A stretch of DNA of 64,000 nucleotides, taken from an uncultured bacterium (GTDB lineage Bacteria; Oederibacteriota; JAAXVQ01; JAUVAV01). Position 1 is the stretch's first letter. Every line of letters starts with the position of its first letter. The stretch covers positions 1-64,000 of the forward strand of contig CAVQBK010000003.1 of assembly GCA_963710755.1 (NCBI GenBank). Direction: 5' to 3'. The notes beneath the pieces were generated by a model. That model did not search any database. It was given only the letters and a program-made list of their open reading frames with translations, and had not been told where the DNA came from. A program made the translations under genes and the position numbers. Positions 10,510-19,284 of the stretch are shown here, one piece after another.

Positions 10510-11502
10510 ATGAAAACCAAACCAGATATTGTCAATGAAGTTCGAAGTTATATGAAAAGCAGAGTGATCCTTTCCGCTTCTGAATTGGATTTTTTTTCGA
10601 AACTGGACGACAACTTTATGTCCGCCGAAGACCTTGCCGGATATGCTCGGCCTGGATACAAAAGGAACCACACGGCTCCTTGACTGCCTGGTGACCTTCG
10701 ATCTTCTTGAAAAAGAAAACAACCGGTATCATACGACCGAAAAAGGATCATATCTTTCATCTAAAAATCCGGAATCCGTGCTTCCCATGATCAACCATAT
10801 GAATGCCATCTGGGACAATTGGAGCTGCCTGACGGATATTGTCAAAACAGGGAACAATCCCAATATAAGACCTGTTGTGGATTCGGACGCCAGAAAAGAC
10901 CGAAACGCCTTTATCGGCGCCATGCATGTTGCGGCCAGGCGCATCTCAAAAAAAATCGCCGAAGCCTACGATTTAAGCCCCTTTAAAAAACTTCTTGATA
11001 TCGGCGGAGGATCCGGCGCCTACACCATCGCTTTTTTGAGAAAAAATCCAAAACTCAATGCCATTATTTTTGATCTTGAAGGCGTCATACCGCTGACAAA
11101 AGAAAAAATTGCCGAGAACGGTATACAGGAAAGAGTCGGTTTCGTGTCCGGGGAATTTTTACGAGGATGACCTTCCGGGGGGATGCGACCTTGCCCTGCT
11201 CTCGGCCATTATCCACCAGAATAGCCCTGAACAGAATTTGACGCTCTACCGGAAAATTTGCCATGCCCTCGTTCCCGGCGGAAGGCTGATCATTCGGGAT
11301 CATATCATGGACGAATCCCGCACAAATCCTCCGGCAGGCGCTCTCTTTGCATTGAACATGCTTGTCAACACCCCGGCCGGGGACACATATACTTTCAAGG
11401 AGGTCGCTGATACGCTGGAAAACAGCCGGTTTCACGGATATAAAACTCGTTTTATCGGGGAAAGAGATGGATTGTCTTGTAGAAGCAATAAAACCCAAGT
11501 AA
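10510..11502 (+). CDS. SAM-dependent O-methyltransferase (dimerisation domain + Methyltransf_2), several apparent frameshifts
   Basis: RBS GGAG, then MKTKPDIV..SRVILSASELDFF; FIGAMH, LLDIGGGSG..FDL, LLSAIIHQ..LVPGG.LIIRD, ALNMLV; ends MDCLVEAIKPK*. Confidence 0.85.
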
Positions 11503-11570
11503 ATATCCGACCTCAGAGGGGCCAACTTTGATTTAACCCTTGGAAAGAACTGATTTACTTAAAGACGAAC

Positions 11571-11800
11571 AAGTTAAAAGTGAGCTAAAGTGAGCTAAAG
11601 TGCCTAAAGTTATTGTGTGCTTCGCTCTGCTGATATTATATAATTGATAGGATCTAACTTTAGCTCACTTCACACTTTAGCTCTCTTCGAGCTGTTAACG
11701 CTCTACAGCCGAAGATTGTGTCGCTTCGCTCCGCTGATATTATATAATTGATAGGATTCCTTAACTTTAGCTCACTTCACACTTTAGCTCACTTCACACT
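11571..11800. repeat. Palindromic short-unit repeat element, copy B plus tandem partial copy C
   Basis: AAGTTAAAAGTGAGCTAAAGTGAGCTAAAGTGCCTAAAGTTA..TATATAATTGATAGGA..ACTTTAGCTCACTT; core and right arm are repeated again at ~11716-11800. Confidence 0.85.
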
Positions 11801-11830
11801 TTTCCAACGACTCTTCAGGCAAAGCCATCT

Positions 11831-12617
11831 TTATTGAATGAGTCGCTTCCGCATCGCTTTGAGGGCAATGTAGGTAAAGAAAACACAAAAAACCGTTAGG
11901 TATCCGATGCTGATCAATGGTGCAACTTCACAGGTTCCGATGCTGAAAAGACGGGCCAGTTCGGCCAGATGATACAGGGGAAAAGCCAATGCAACGGGCT
12001 GCGCCCAAGCCGGCAGATTGGAAACAGGAAAAAAGGTGCCGCTGAACAAAAACATCGGTGTAATAAAAAGAAATATGGGTAGATTGAACATATCGATGGT
12101 CGGGATTATCCCCGTAAAGAACATGCCGATGGCGCCGAATGCCAACCCGCCGAAAAATGCCATAGGGTATCAGCAACAATCCCATGGGAAAATGGATAAA
12201 TCCCATCAGGCCAAGGACCAACAGCATGATCGTTGCCGCACCCGCTGATTTGGTGGCACTCCAGGCAATCTCCGCGATGATGATCTCTTCCAGAGACAAC
12301 GGCGTCGCCAGCATGCCGTCAAAGGTTTTTTGAAAATACATGCGGACAAACGACGCATAGGTGGTTTCAAAAAAAGCGTTCCACATGACGGCGGTGGCGA
12401 TCAGCGCGGGTGCGATAAATGCCGTGTATGAAAGTTCAACGCCATCGTAATGGACCTTTCCGATCAATCCGCTGAACCCCAGACCAAAGGCCAATATATA
12501 AAATAAGGGTTCAAAAAGCGGCGTCAAGAAGTTCACCTTCCAGATTTTTTTATACACCACCAGGTTTCTTTTCCAGACGCTTAGAAATCGCCATGAAAAT
12601 ACGGCAGGATCGATCAT
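11831..12617 (-). CDS. ABC-2 exporter permease (NodJ-like), apparent frameshift ~12165
   Basis: VWKRNL..EPLFYILAFGLG..FIAPAL..ETTYASF.RM..QKTFDGMLATPL / PMFLFSGTFFP..LP.W. Confidence 0.88.
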
Positions 12618-13525
12618 TCTCGAAGTTCCCTTCCTGTTAAGCGTAAAAAAACATCCTCCAGGGTGCTGTTCCGGTAAATACACTTTTCATTGCAGTATTG
12701 ACTGCGGATGGCGCTGTTCATTCCCTTTCTTTCAGGGTCATACAATATCAGCCGCTTACCGAGATCATCATATTCCACGTCATGGTTTTTAAGGTATTCG
12801 ATCAGGTCTTGATCCGGTCCCTCGATTTCGATGATATGTTTACCGGCATGCTGTTCGATCAGGCTTTCCGGGCTGCCGTCCACCAGAATGTTGCCATGAT
12901 CCATAATAACCAGACGGTCACAAAGCTGGGTGGCTTCTTCCATGTAGTGGGTGGTGATCACCACCGTTAAACCGGATTTTTTAAGCTCTCCCAGTTTTTC
13001 CCAAACCTGGTGCCGGGACTGGGGATCGAGCCCGGTGGTCGGCTCGTCCAAAATCAAAAGTTCCGGACGGTTGATCAGGGATCTGGCCAGAATCAATCGT
13101 CTGACCATCCCGCCGGACAATTCCATAACCTTGGCATCTTTTTTATGATTCAAGGCAAAAAAGTCGAGAAGTTCCTCGGAACGTTCGGCGGCCTCTTTTT
13201 TGGAAATGGAAAAATATCCGGCGAATACGAGAAGGTTTTGTTCTACGGTCAGGTCAGGGTCCAGGGTGTTGTCCTGCTGGCAAACACCGATTCTGGCTTT
13301 AATCTTGCGGCTTTCGGTGATGACGTCCATGCCGAAGATTCGCAACATGCCGCTGGTCGGGGGTGAATATCCGTACAACATGCGAATCGTGGTTGTTTTG
13401 CCGGCGCCATTGGGACCCAGCAGACCAAAAAATTCGCCTTTTCCCACAGAAAAAGAAAGCCCGTTAACCGCCGAAACCCCGTTGAATTGCTTAACCAGAT
13501 TCTGAATCTCGATGATTTTATTCAT
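12614..13525 (-). CDS. ABC exporter ATP-binding protein (NodI-like)
   Basis: GPNGAGKTT, LSGGM, ILDEPTTGLDPQSR, TTHYMEEA..LCDR, TLEDVFLRLTGRELRE. Confidence 0.93.
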   Translation of the reverse strand: MNKIIEIQNLVKQFNGVSAVNGLSFSVGKGEFFGLLGPNGAGKTTTIRMLYGYSPPTSGMLRIFGMDVITESRKIKARIGVCQQDNTLDPDLTVEQNLLVFAGYFSISKKEAAERSEELLDFFALNHKKDAKVMELSGGMVRRLILARSLINRPELLILDEPTTGLDPQSRHQVWEKLGELKKSGLTVVITTHYMEEATQLCDRLVIMDHGNILVDGSPESLIEQHAGKHIIEIEGPDQDLIEYLKNHDVEYDDLGKRLILYDPERKGMNSAIRSQYCNEKCIYRNSTLEDVFLRLTGRELRE

Positions 13526-14075
13526 GGGTTGTTTCACCCGGTTCGCGTTGTAAAAGCAGTGTTTGTGTGGGATAGGCAAATTCGATCCCCGCGTCCTGAA
13601 ACTGTTTGTAAATATCGAGGTTAATCGACTGTTGAATATCCATATAGACATTGTAATCCGGACCTTGTACCCAGTAAACTATCTCAAATTTTAAGGAATA
13701 GTCTCCGTATTCTTTGAAGTGGGCACGATCAAATCGAACTTGGGCTTTGCTTTCAATGATGTTGCGAATCATTTTTGGGATTTCTGAAAGCAATTCATAG
13801 GGGGTCTGATAAAGCACGCCGATGGTAAAAACAACACGGCGTTCATACATACGTTTAAAGTTGCGAATGCGGCTTTTTAACAAATCGGTGTTAGAAAACA
13901 CGAGTTGTTCCCCTGACAGGCTCCGAATTTTCGTTGTTTTTAATCCGATACGCTCGACAGCCCCCAGATATTCATTCACGATGATAAAATCGCCGATGAC
14001 AAACGGCTTGTCCAGAACAATCACAAACGAAGCAAAAAGATCTCCAAGTATATTTTGTGCGGCCAATGCCACAGC
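13518..14075 (-). CDS. MscS-family mechanosensitive channel, 5'-truncated by chimeric junction
   Basis: AVALAAQNILGDLFASF..DKPF.IGDFI..IGLKTT.IRSLSGEQL..GIEFAYPTQT; upstream residues are unrelated. Confidence 0.9.
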   Translation of the reverse strand, partial: AVALAAQNILGDLFASFVIVLDKPFVIGDFIIVNEYLGAVERIGLKTTKIRSLSGEQLVFSNTDLLKSRIRNFKRMYERRVVFTIGVLYQTPYELLSEIPKMIRNIIESKAQVRFDRAHFKEYGDYSLKFEIVYWVQGPDYNVYMDIQQSINLDIYKQFQDAGIEFAYPTQTLLLQREPGETTHE

Positions 14076-14076
14076 G

Positions 14077-14326
14077 TGAAGCTGCCGTTCCCAAAGGCCA
14101 TGGCCTCGCTCGAGCCCAAGCAAAACTTGATCCGGTCGGAGCTGCGCGCTTCCCAATGGGCGTAGGCATGGGCATCGAGGCCCACCACGTCGCAGCCCAG
14201 ATCCTTCAGCAGCAGGGCCATATCGCCTGAACCGCAGCCTGCATCCAGCACGCGCATGCCCGGTTTAAACAAGCTGCGCAAATGACCCATAAAGCGTTCC
14301 CGGTAAACCAACTCTCGCGGTTCCAT
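14077..14326 (-). CDS. Class I SAM methyltransferase, 3'-truncated by chimeric junction
   Basis: RVLDAGCGSG..VVGLD..SF, then an abrupt switch into MscS sequence. Confidence 0.75.
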
Positions 14327-14342
14327 TTTCTTCAGTAGCCCC

Positions 14343-15293
14343 TTAACAAATTTTCTGGGTCGTGTTGGCAAAGCGCAACACCGACTTGACCACATAGAGT
14401 GGTTTTTTTCTGACCTCGGTCATGATCAAGGCCACGTATTTGGCCAAAATGCCCAGCACGATGAAGAGTCCGGAAAAGCCGGTAGACAGCACCAGCATGA
14501 GCGTGGTCCAGCCTTCCACCACTGTGGCTAAATTGATAAAGATAAGAATGGCGTAAGTGCCAATGGCCATGGAAAGCAGCAGGAAGAACATGGCAATATA
14601 AAAACACAGGCGGCTGCCGATATTGGAGTAAATCAATAAAATTTCAATGGCGGTCTCCAACCGCTGGCCGAAACGTTTCTCCGCAGCAATGCGCTTGATG
14701 GTATGGGAAGGTTCATAGGCCAGTTCCTTGAAGGAAAACCCGGAGAGTTGAAAAATAATTTTGCGAAACCGCACCTTTTCCTTGGAGGCCAGCACCCGGT
14801 TCAAGGCCCGGCGGCTGATGAGCCGCAACCGTTCGGTTTTAAGGGTAATGGGCACAAAGGAGATACGGTTAAAGACCGCATAAAAGAGCGCGGAAAAGAA
14901 ATTAATTTTTTTAGAAGGATTGGCCGTAACAATATCTGTGCCCTTTAACGCTTGTTCGAGCATTTGGTCGATCAGGCTGAATTCATAATCGCGGATAGTG
15001 GTTTCCAGCTCCAACACCATATCGCCGATGGCCAGATCGCTGCCGGCCAGCATAGCCAATTCATGGCCATGGCGCCAAGCCAGGTTGATAATGGAAAGGT
15101 GGCTCTCTTCCTGGGCTGCCTGTTCGATGACCTTAAGGGTTTGATCCTGGCTGGCGTCGTTGACCAGAATGACTTCAAATCGTTCGAAACGGGCATTAAG
15201 ATAGGCCAGACTCTCCTGTAGAAAGGCGGCGATATTCTGTTCGGCATTGTGCACATAGACCACCATGGAGAAAAACAATTTTTCTTTTAGCAT
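14343..15293 (-). CDS. GT2 GtrB/ArnC-like polyprenyl-phosphate glycosyltransferase homologue (two C-terminal TM helices; DxD degenerate)
   Basis: FEVILVNDASQDQT, HGHELAM.AG, VEGWTTLM, ends PLYVV. Confidence 0.8.
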   Translation of the reverse strand: MLKEKLFFSMVVYVHNAEQNIAAFLQESLAYLNARFERFEVILVNDASQDQTLKVIEQAAQEESHLSIINLAWRHGHELAMLAGSDLAIGDMVLELETTIRDYEFSLIDQMLEQALKGTDIVTANPSKKINFFSALFYAVFNRISFVPITLKTERLRLISRRALNRVLASKEKVRFRKIIFQLSGFSFKELAYEPSHTIKRIAAEKRFGQRLETAIEILLIYSNIGSRLCFYIAMFFLLLSMAIGTYAILIFINLATVVEGWTTLMLVLSTGFSGLFIVLGILAKYVALIMTEVRKKPLYVVKSVLRFANTTQKIC

Positions 15294-16408
15294 AGTAATG
15301 CCTCCAAATCATAGACCGTGTTGATTTTCCCGGAGAGCACGGAGATAAAATCAGGAGCACTGGCCGCCTGTTTGATGATGGTGGGCCGCGAATCATCGAT
15401 CTCCGAACTCTGGGGAATGGGCTTTATGGCAAACAGCGCCTCTTTAAAGCTGATCTGAATTTCGTTCTTCAAATATTTTCTGGCCAGTTGCAGCATGAAC
15501 GGCCAGGCGGTCTTGGGCCGGGCCGGACAGTGATTGCAATTCTCGAGCTGCGACGGCGTGCAGACCGGATTTTGGCCCTGGCACTGAAAAGTCGGCAACA
15601 CCTCGTAAGACGTCCAATGGGGCGTGAAGGCTACGGCGGTCAGGGTAAAATCGCCTGCCTGGCCAAAGGGCATGACTGAAAAGAAGGGACCGTCCATGAC
15701 CGTAATGCCCACTTTGTCAAAAGGCGCTTCCAGCCGGCAGCGCGTAATTTCACAGATTTCATATTTTAACTGAAATGGTTCCAGACCGAATTGAAGCAGT
15801 ACCTGGTTGTTGCTGGCATAAGTGCAATTGATGACCCGCGGGCTCACCACCTCCTGGCCGTTGCTGAGGTGTATCCGGTAGTTGTTACCCTGGCGCTCCA
15901 CGGCGGTGATGGTGGTACCAAAGCGCACCTGTCCCTGAGGGGCCTGCTCCACTTGGGCCATCAGAGCCGACCGGATTTTATGGGCGTCAAAAGCCACTTC
16001 TTCGGTTTCAAAAGCCGCGGCCACTACCCCGGGATTGAAATAGGGCCGTTCCGACACAGGCGTACAGGGAATGCCCGCGACCTCGCAGAATTTTTCAAAT
16101 TGATCCGGTTCGGTGAAAGAATATTTTCGGGCAATGGCGTAGATTTTTTTAAAGGACCGGTTGATGGCAAAATCAAACTCCTGGCAGAAACGGCGGTAAT
16201 AGTGGGCCGAGGCTGCGGCTGTGGCTAGGCTGCGGGGATAATGATAACCATTGTGTACCCGGGCCTGGTTGATATAAGACGCGCGGGAAAAAGCTTGCTC
16301 ATCTTTCTCTACTATTAAAAAGGATTCCTTCTTCCCGGCTAAAAGCTTGGCCGCATAGAGGCCGTAAATTCCGGCGCCAATGATAAGGTTATCCACTTTA
16401 ACACTCAT
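15287..16408 (-). CDS. FAD-dependent oxidoreductase (DAO-like)
   Basis: IIGAGIYG, RASYINQARVHNGYHYPRS, MDGPFFS, SGKINT. Confidence 0.85.
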   Translation of the reverse strand: MSVKVDNLIIGAGIYGLYAAKLLAGKKESFLIVEKDEQAFSRASYINQARVHNGYHYPRSLATAAASAHYYRRFCQEFDFAINRSFKKIYAIARKYSFTEPDQFEKFCEVAGIPCTPVSERPYFNPGVVAAAFETEEVAFDAHKIRSALMAQVEQAPQGQVRFGTTITAVERQGNNYRIHLSNGQEVVSPRVINCTYASNNQVLLQFGLEPFQLKYEICEITRCRLEAPFDKVGITVMDGPFFSVMPFGQAGDFTLTAVAFTPHWTSYEVLPTFQCQGQNPVCTPSQLENCNHCPARPKTAWPFMLQLARKYLKNEIQISFKEALFAIKPIPQSSEIDDSRPTIIKQAASAPDFISVLSGKINTVYDLEALLC

Positions 16409-16680
16409 ACATTCATCCCTGCCTGCCTGCGCTGGACACGCTGGCTTGATTGCTTAATCGGTCCCCGCCCATGCCCTGCCATTCGGAGGCTGTGCCCCAA
16501 CGGGTTTTTTCGACCTATCGGCGCCCCGGAGTCGGCAATCCAACCTATGCTGGACTGGTATCCGGGGATCTTGATTTTAAAGATATTCCCGATCCCTTTA
16601 TGAGCTTGCCGGATGACCATCAAAAAAACATTATGGCACAGTCCCTCATGGCGGAGTCGTTTATTCGTGCGGCCATGCCT

Positions 16681-17487
16681 TCAGGTTCCTGTCCGCGACG
16701 GATGATATTGTTTCAGGCCGCAGCGCATCAAAATAACCATTAAGTTCAGCCATCCGCCCAACTTGATCTTGGTGGGAATCTTGCCTTTAGCCGGATAGCT
16801 TCGGGTCACCCCTATCTCCTTGGCCTTCATCCCCAGCTGCGTGGGCCGCACGGACATATAGGCCAGCAATTCGTAGGACTGAAAACAATTACGAAAAGGC
16901 TGCACCCGCTGATCAAGCAGCAACCGCCGGCTGTAAGCCCGGTACCCGTTGGTCGTGTCCGTGAAGCGCTGCCCTGCCAACAGAGAAATGATGGGCGCAT
17001 GCAGCCCCCTGATGGCCAACAGCCGCAACCAGGGCGTGTTGATGGCCCGTCCGCCCGCAACAAAACGTGATCCCTGGACAAAGTCATAGCCTTGTTGCAG
17101 GGCCTGGATAAAAGCCGGGATGGCTTCCACGTTGTCCTTGCCATTGCCGTCAATAGTCACAACACCGGCATAGCCTTCCTGCAAGGCAAAAGCATAGGCC
17201 ATACGCAACTGGGCGCTCAAGCGGCCGTGATCTTTTTTAATCAATAAGGCCCGTACTTGCTGATGCTTTAACCAGACCTGATTGAGGCTGTTGTCCTGAC
17301 TGTCTCCGTCGGCAATGACAATATCCACCTGCGAGGCCAACTCGGCCATGGTCTGCAGCTGCGTTTGGATACGCTGGCCTTCATTGAGCACGGGCACCAC
17401 CACACAATAATCGCAGGCTTTGGGTTTAAAGATCACGCTGTCATGCCGGGGAATTTGCCAGGCAGCCTGGTTTTCACCCTTGTCCAT
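16681..17487 (-). CDS. GT2 DPM1-like polyprenol-phosphate sugar synthase
   Basis: VVPVLNEG, IADGDSQD, IDGNGKD, QGSRF, TDTTNGYRAYS. Confidence 0.88.
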   Translation of the reverse strand: MDKGENQAAWQIPRHDSVIFKPKACDYCVVVPVLNEGQRIQTQLQTMAELASQVDIVIADGDSQDNSLNQVWLKHQQVRALLIKKDHGRLSAQLRMAYAFALQEGYAGVVTIDGNGKDNVEAIPAFIQALQQGYDFVQGSRFVAGGRAINTPWLRLLAIRGLHAPIISLLAGQRFTDTTNGYRAYSRRLLLDQRVQPFRNCFQSYELLAYMSVRPTQLGMKAKEIGVTRSYPAKGKIPTKIKLGGWLNLMVILMRCGLKQYHPSRTGT

Positions 17488-18292
17488 AGATCCCCCTCAG
17501 CGTACTCAGTGCCTTGTCCACCGTTGTGAGATTAGAGCCCGTTGCTGCGGCCTTCATTTCCAGGGAACATACACCCTGAAACCCGGCCTGCTTTAAGGCT
17601 GCTGCAAACCCCTTATGATCAGTGCCCGGCTGCGGCACGGGTTCCAGATAAGGCTCGCTCACATGCACGTGCCCCACCACCGGCATCCAAAGTTTGATCT
17701 GGTTATAACGTTCCTGGTTAATAGTCATGGTTCCCAAATCCAAATTAACTTTCAAGCCTTCACTGGCCACTGCCCGCACCAAGCGGACAGCCTCTGCGGT
17801 GGTGCAGATATAATCAGCACCATAAGCCCGGGGATTGGCTTCCAGGCAGACCATCACACCGTGCTCCTGGGCCGCTGCCCCGAGATGGGAAAAAAAATCA
17901 TGACCAATGGTCTCCACTGCTTCCGGGGACAACTCTCCTTTTAAGCGGTTTTTAGGAGATCCCAACACCAGCACCCGGGCGCCCAGCCAGGTGCTGAAGC
18001 GAATCGCTTTAATTAGATAAGCCAATAGGTCTTGCCGGCTAGGCCCGGTTCCAAAGAGCTGCAGGTCCGGCCTGCCATAGAGCAGGGCCTGCAAGGCCAC
18101 CACCGCCAGGCCCTGGCCTTCCATTTTTTTTCGGGCTTCTATCACCGTGGCCTGCGGCTGGTCATAGGGATCAGCCCATAATTTGGTGGGTGCCATTTCC
18201 AAGGCCTTCACCCCCCAGTGATCACACCTTCTCTGCACGGCCTCTTGCTCATCCGTCTGCCAGGCAATGTTGGAAATAGCCAAAGTCATCAT
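17474..18292 (-). CDS. Sugar phosphate isomerase/epimerase (xylose isomerase-like TIM barrel)
   Basis: LAISNIAW, LEMAP, LGSPKNR, LEANP..YG, NLDLGTM, HVHVSEP, SLEM. Confidence 0.85.
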   Translation of the reverse strand: MMTLAISNIAWQTDEQEAVQRRCDHWGVKALEMAPTKLWADPYDQPQATVIEARKKMEGQGLAVVALQALLYGRPDLQLFGTGPSRQDLLAYLIKAIRFSTWLGARVLVLGSPKNRLKGELSPEAVETIGHDFFSHLGAAAQEHGVMVCLEANPRAYGADYICTTAEAVRLVRAVASEGLKVNLDLGTMTINQERYNQIKLWMPVVGHVHVSEPYLEPVPQPGTDHKGFAAALKQAGFQGVCSLEMKAAATGSNLTTVDKALSTLRGIYGQG

Positions 18293-19284
18293 GCCTTGGC
18301 CTCTTGAAAAAATCGAACTAAATCATCGCCTACGGTCTTGGCCGCATACAGGTAGCCGTTCTGTCCCTGGAAGCAGTCCGCGTGCAGGCTGCGCACATCA
18401 TAATGCACCGGCCCGGAAGATGTTTCGTTGTGGAAGTTCTGATAGCCAAAGAGCCGGGCCACCTCGCGCGCGCTTACGGGTTCCGTGACAAGGTTGAGCA
18501 ACTTGAGACCTTGGGCCAGCCCAATCTCAATATCATGCCATAGCCGTTTTAAGTCGTAAAACTGAAAGGTCGAGGCCTGATGGGTAAAGCCCAGGCTGGT
18601 TAAGCCTGCACTTTCCAACAATGACGTTAACGCCGCCAAGTCCTTGGTCCCCCGGTGTGGCTGCAGGGCATAATTGCCGTTGCCGTCAAGTTGATAACAA
18701 GCCAACACCAGGTCCTTATCGGAGGCGGACAACCCTTGCAGCAAGTGCTTGACTTTATCTTGCGGCAGGAAGCGCGGCTGCGGATGAAGCAAGTCAAAGA
18801 TAAAGTTTTTCTTCAAGCCTTGGCCGAATAAAGCCGGCAGACGAACGATGGTCAGGTCCTGAAAGTATTGGGCCAGTTTTTTTTCCGCCCACAGGCGATG
18901 CCGGCCATAGGCATGACCTGCTTCCGGATCCGGGTAGGTGGCTTCATCCACGCGCCAAGGCTGCGGATAAACATCCACCGTGGAAATAAGCACGACTTTT
19001 TCGGCCTTAACCGTTTTCAACTGATCCAAAAGCGCCTGAATTTGCGCCCAGTCTTTTTCCGGCTGCTGGTTGGCCAGCCATTTCTCCGCCCGGATGCCGC
19101 AGCATACCAACAGATCAAACACCCTGCCTCTGATGGTTTCGATATTACCTGAATGGTAGCCATGGCTGAAGCTGTGTTGTTGCCAAAGATGGTGCCCCAC
19201 AAATCCGGTAAAGCCGATCAATGCTTCCTGCTTCAATGCCTCACATTCCTTTCTAAACTCCGACTGCGGTTTACCAATGGTCAA
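18289..19284 (-). CDS. NAD-dependent epimerase/dehydratase-like atypical SDR
   Basis: ALIGFTGFVG, ISTVDVY, YGRHR, IVRLPALFG..KKN.IFDL. Confidence 0.8.
   Translation of the reverse strand: MTIGKPQSEFRKECEALKQEALIGFTGFVGHHLWQQHSFSHGYHSGNIETIRGRVFDLLVCCGIRAEKWLANQQPEKDWAQIQALLDQLKTVKAEKVVLISTVDVYPQPWRVDEATYPDPEAGHAYGRHRLWAEKKLAQYFQDLTIVRLPALFGQGLKKNFIFDLLHPQPRFLPQDKVKHLLQGLSASDKDLVLACYQLDGNGNYALQPHRGTKDLAALTSLLESAGLTSLGFTHQASTFQFYDLKRLWHDIEIGLAQGLKLLNLVTEPVSAREVARLFGYQNFHNETSSGPVHYDVRSLHADCFQGQNGYLYAAKTVGDDLVRFFQEAKA

Noticed and set aside
9759-11800. Possible CRISPR array
   Set aside because: Units are 9-10 nt in tandem with mirrored arms; there are no unique spacers and no cas genes.
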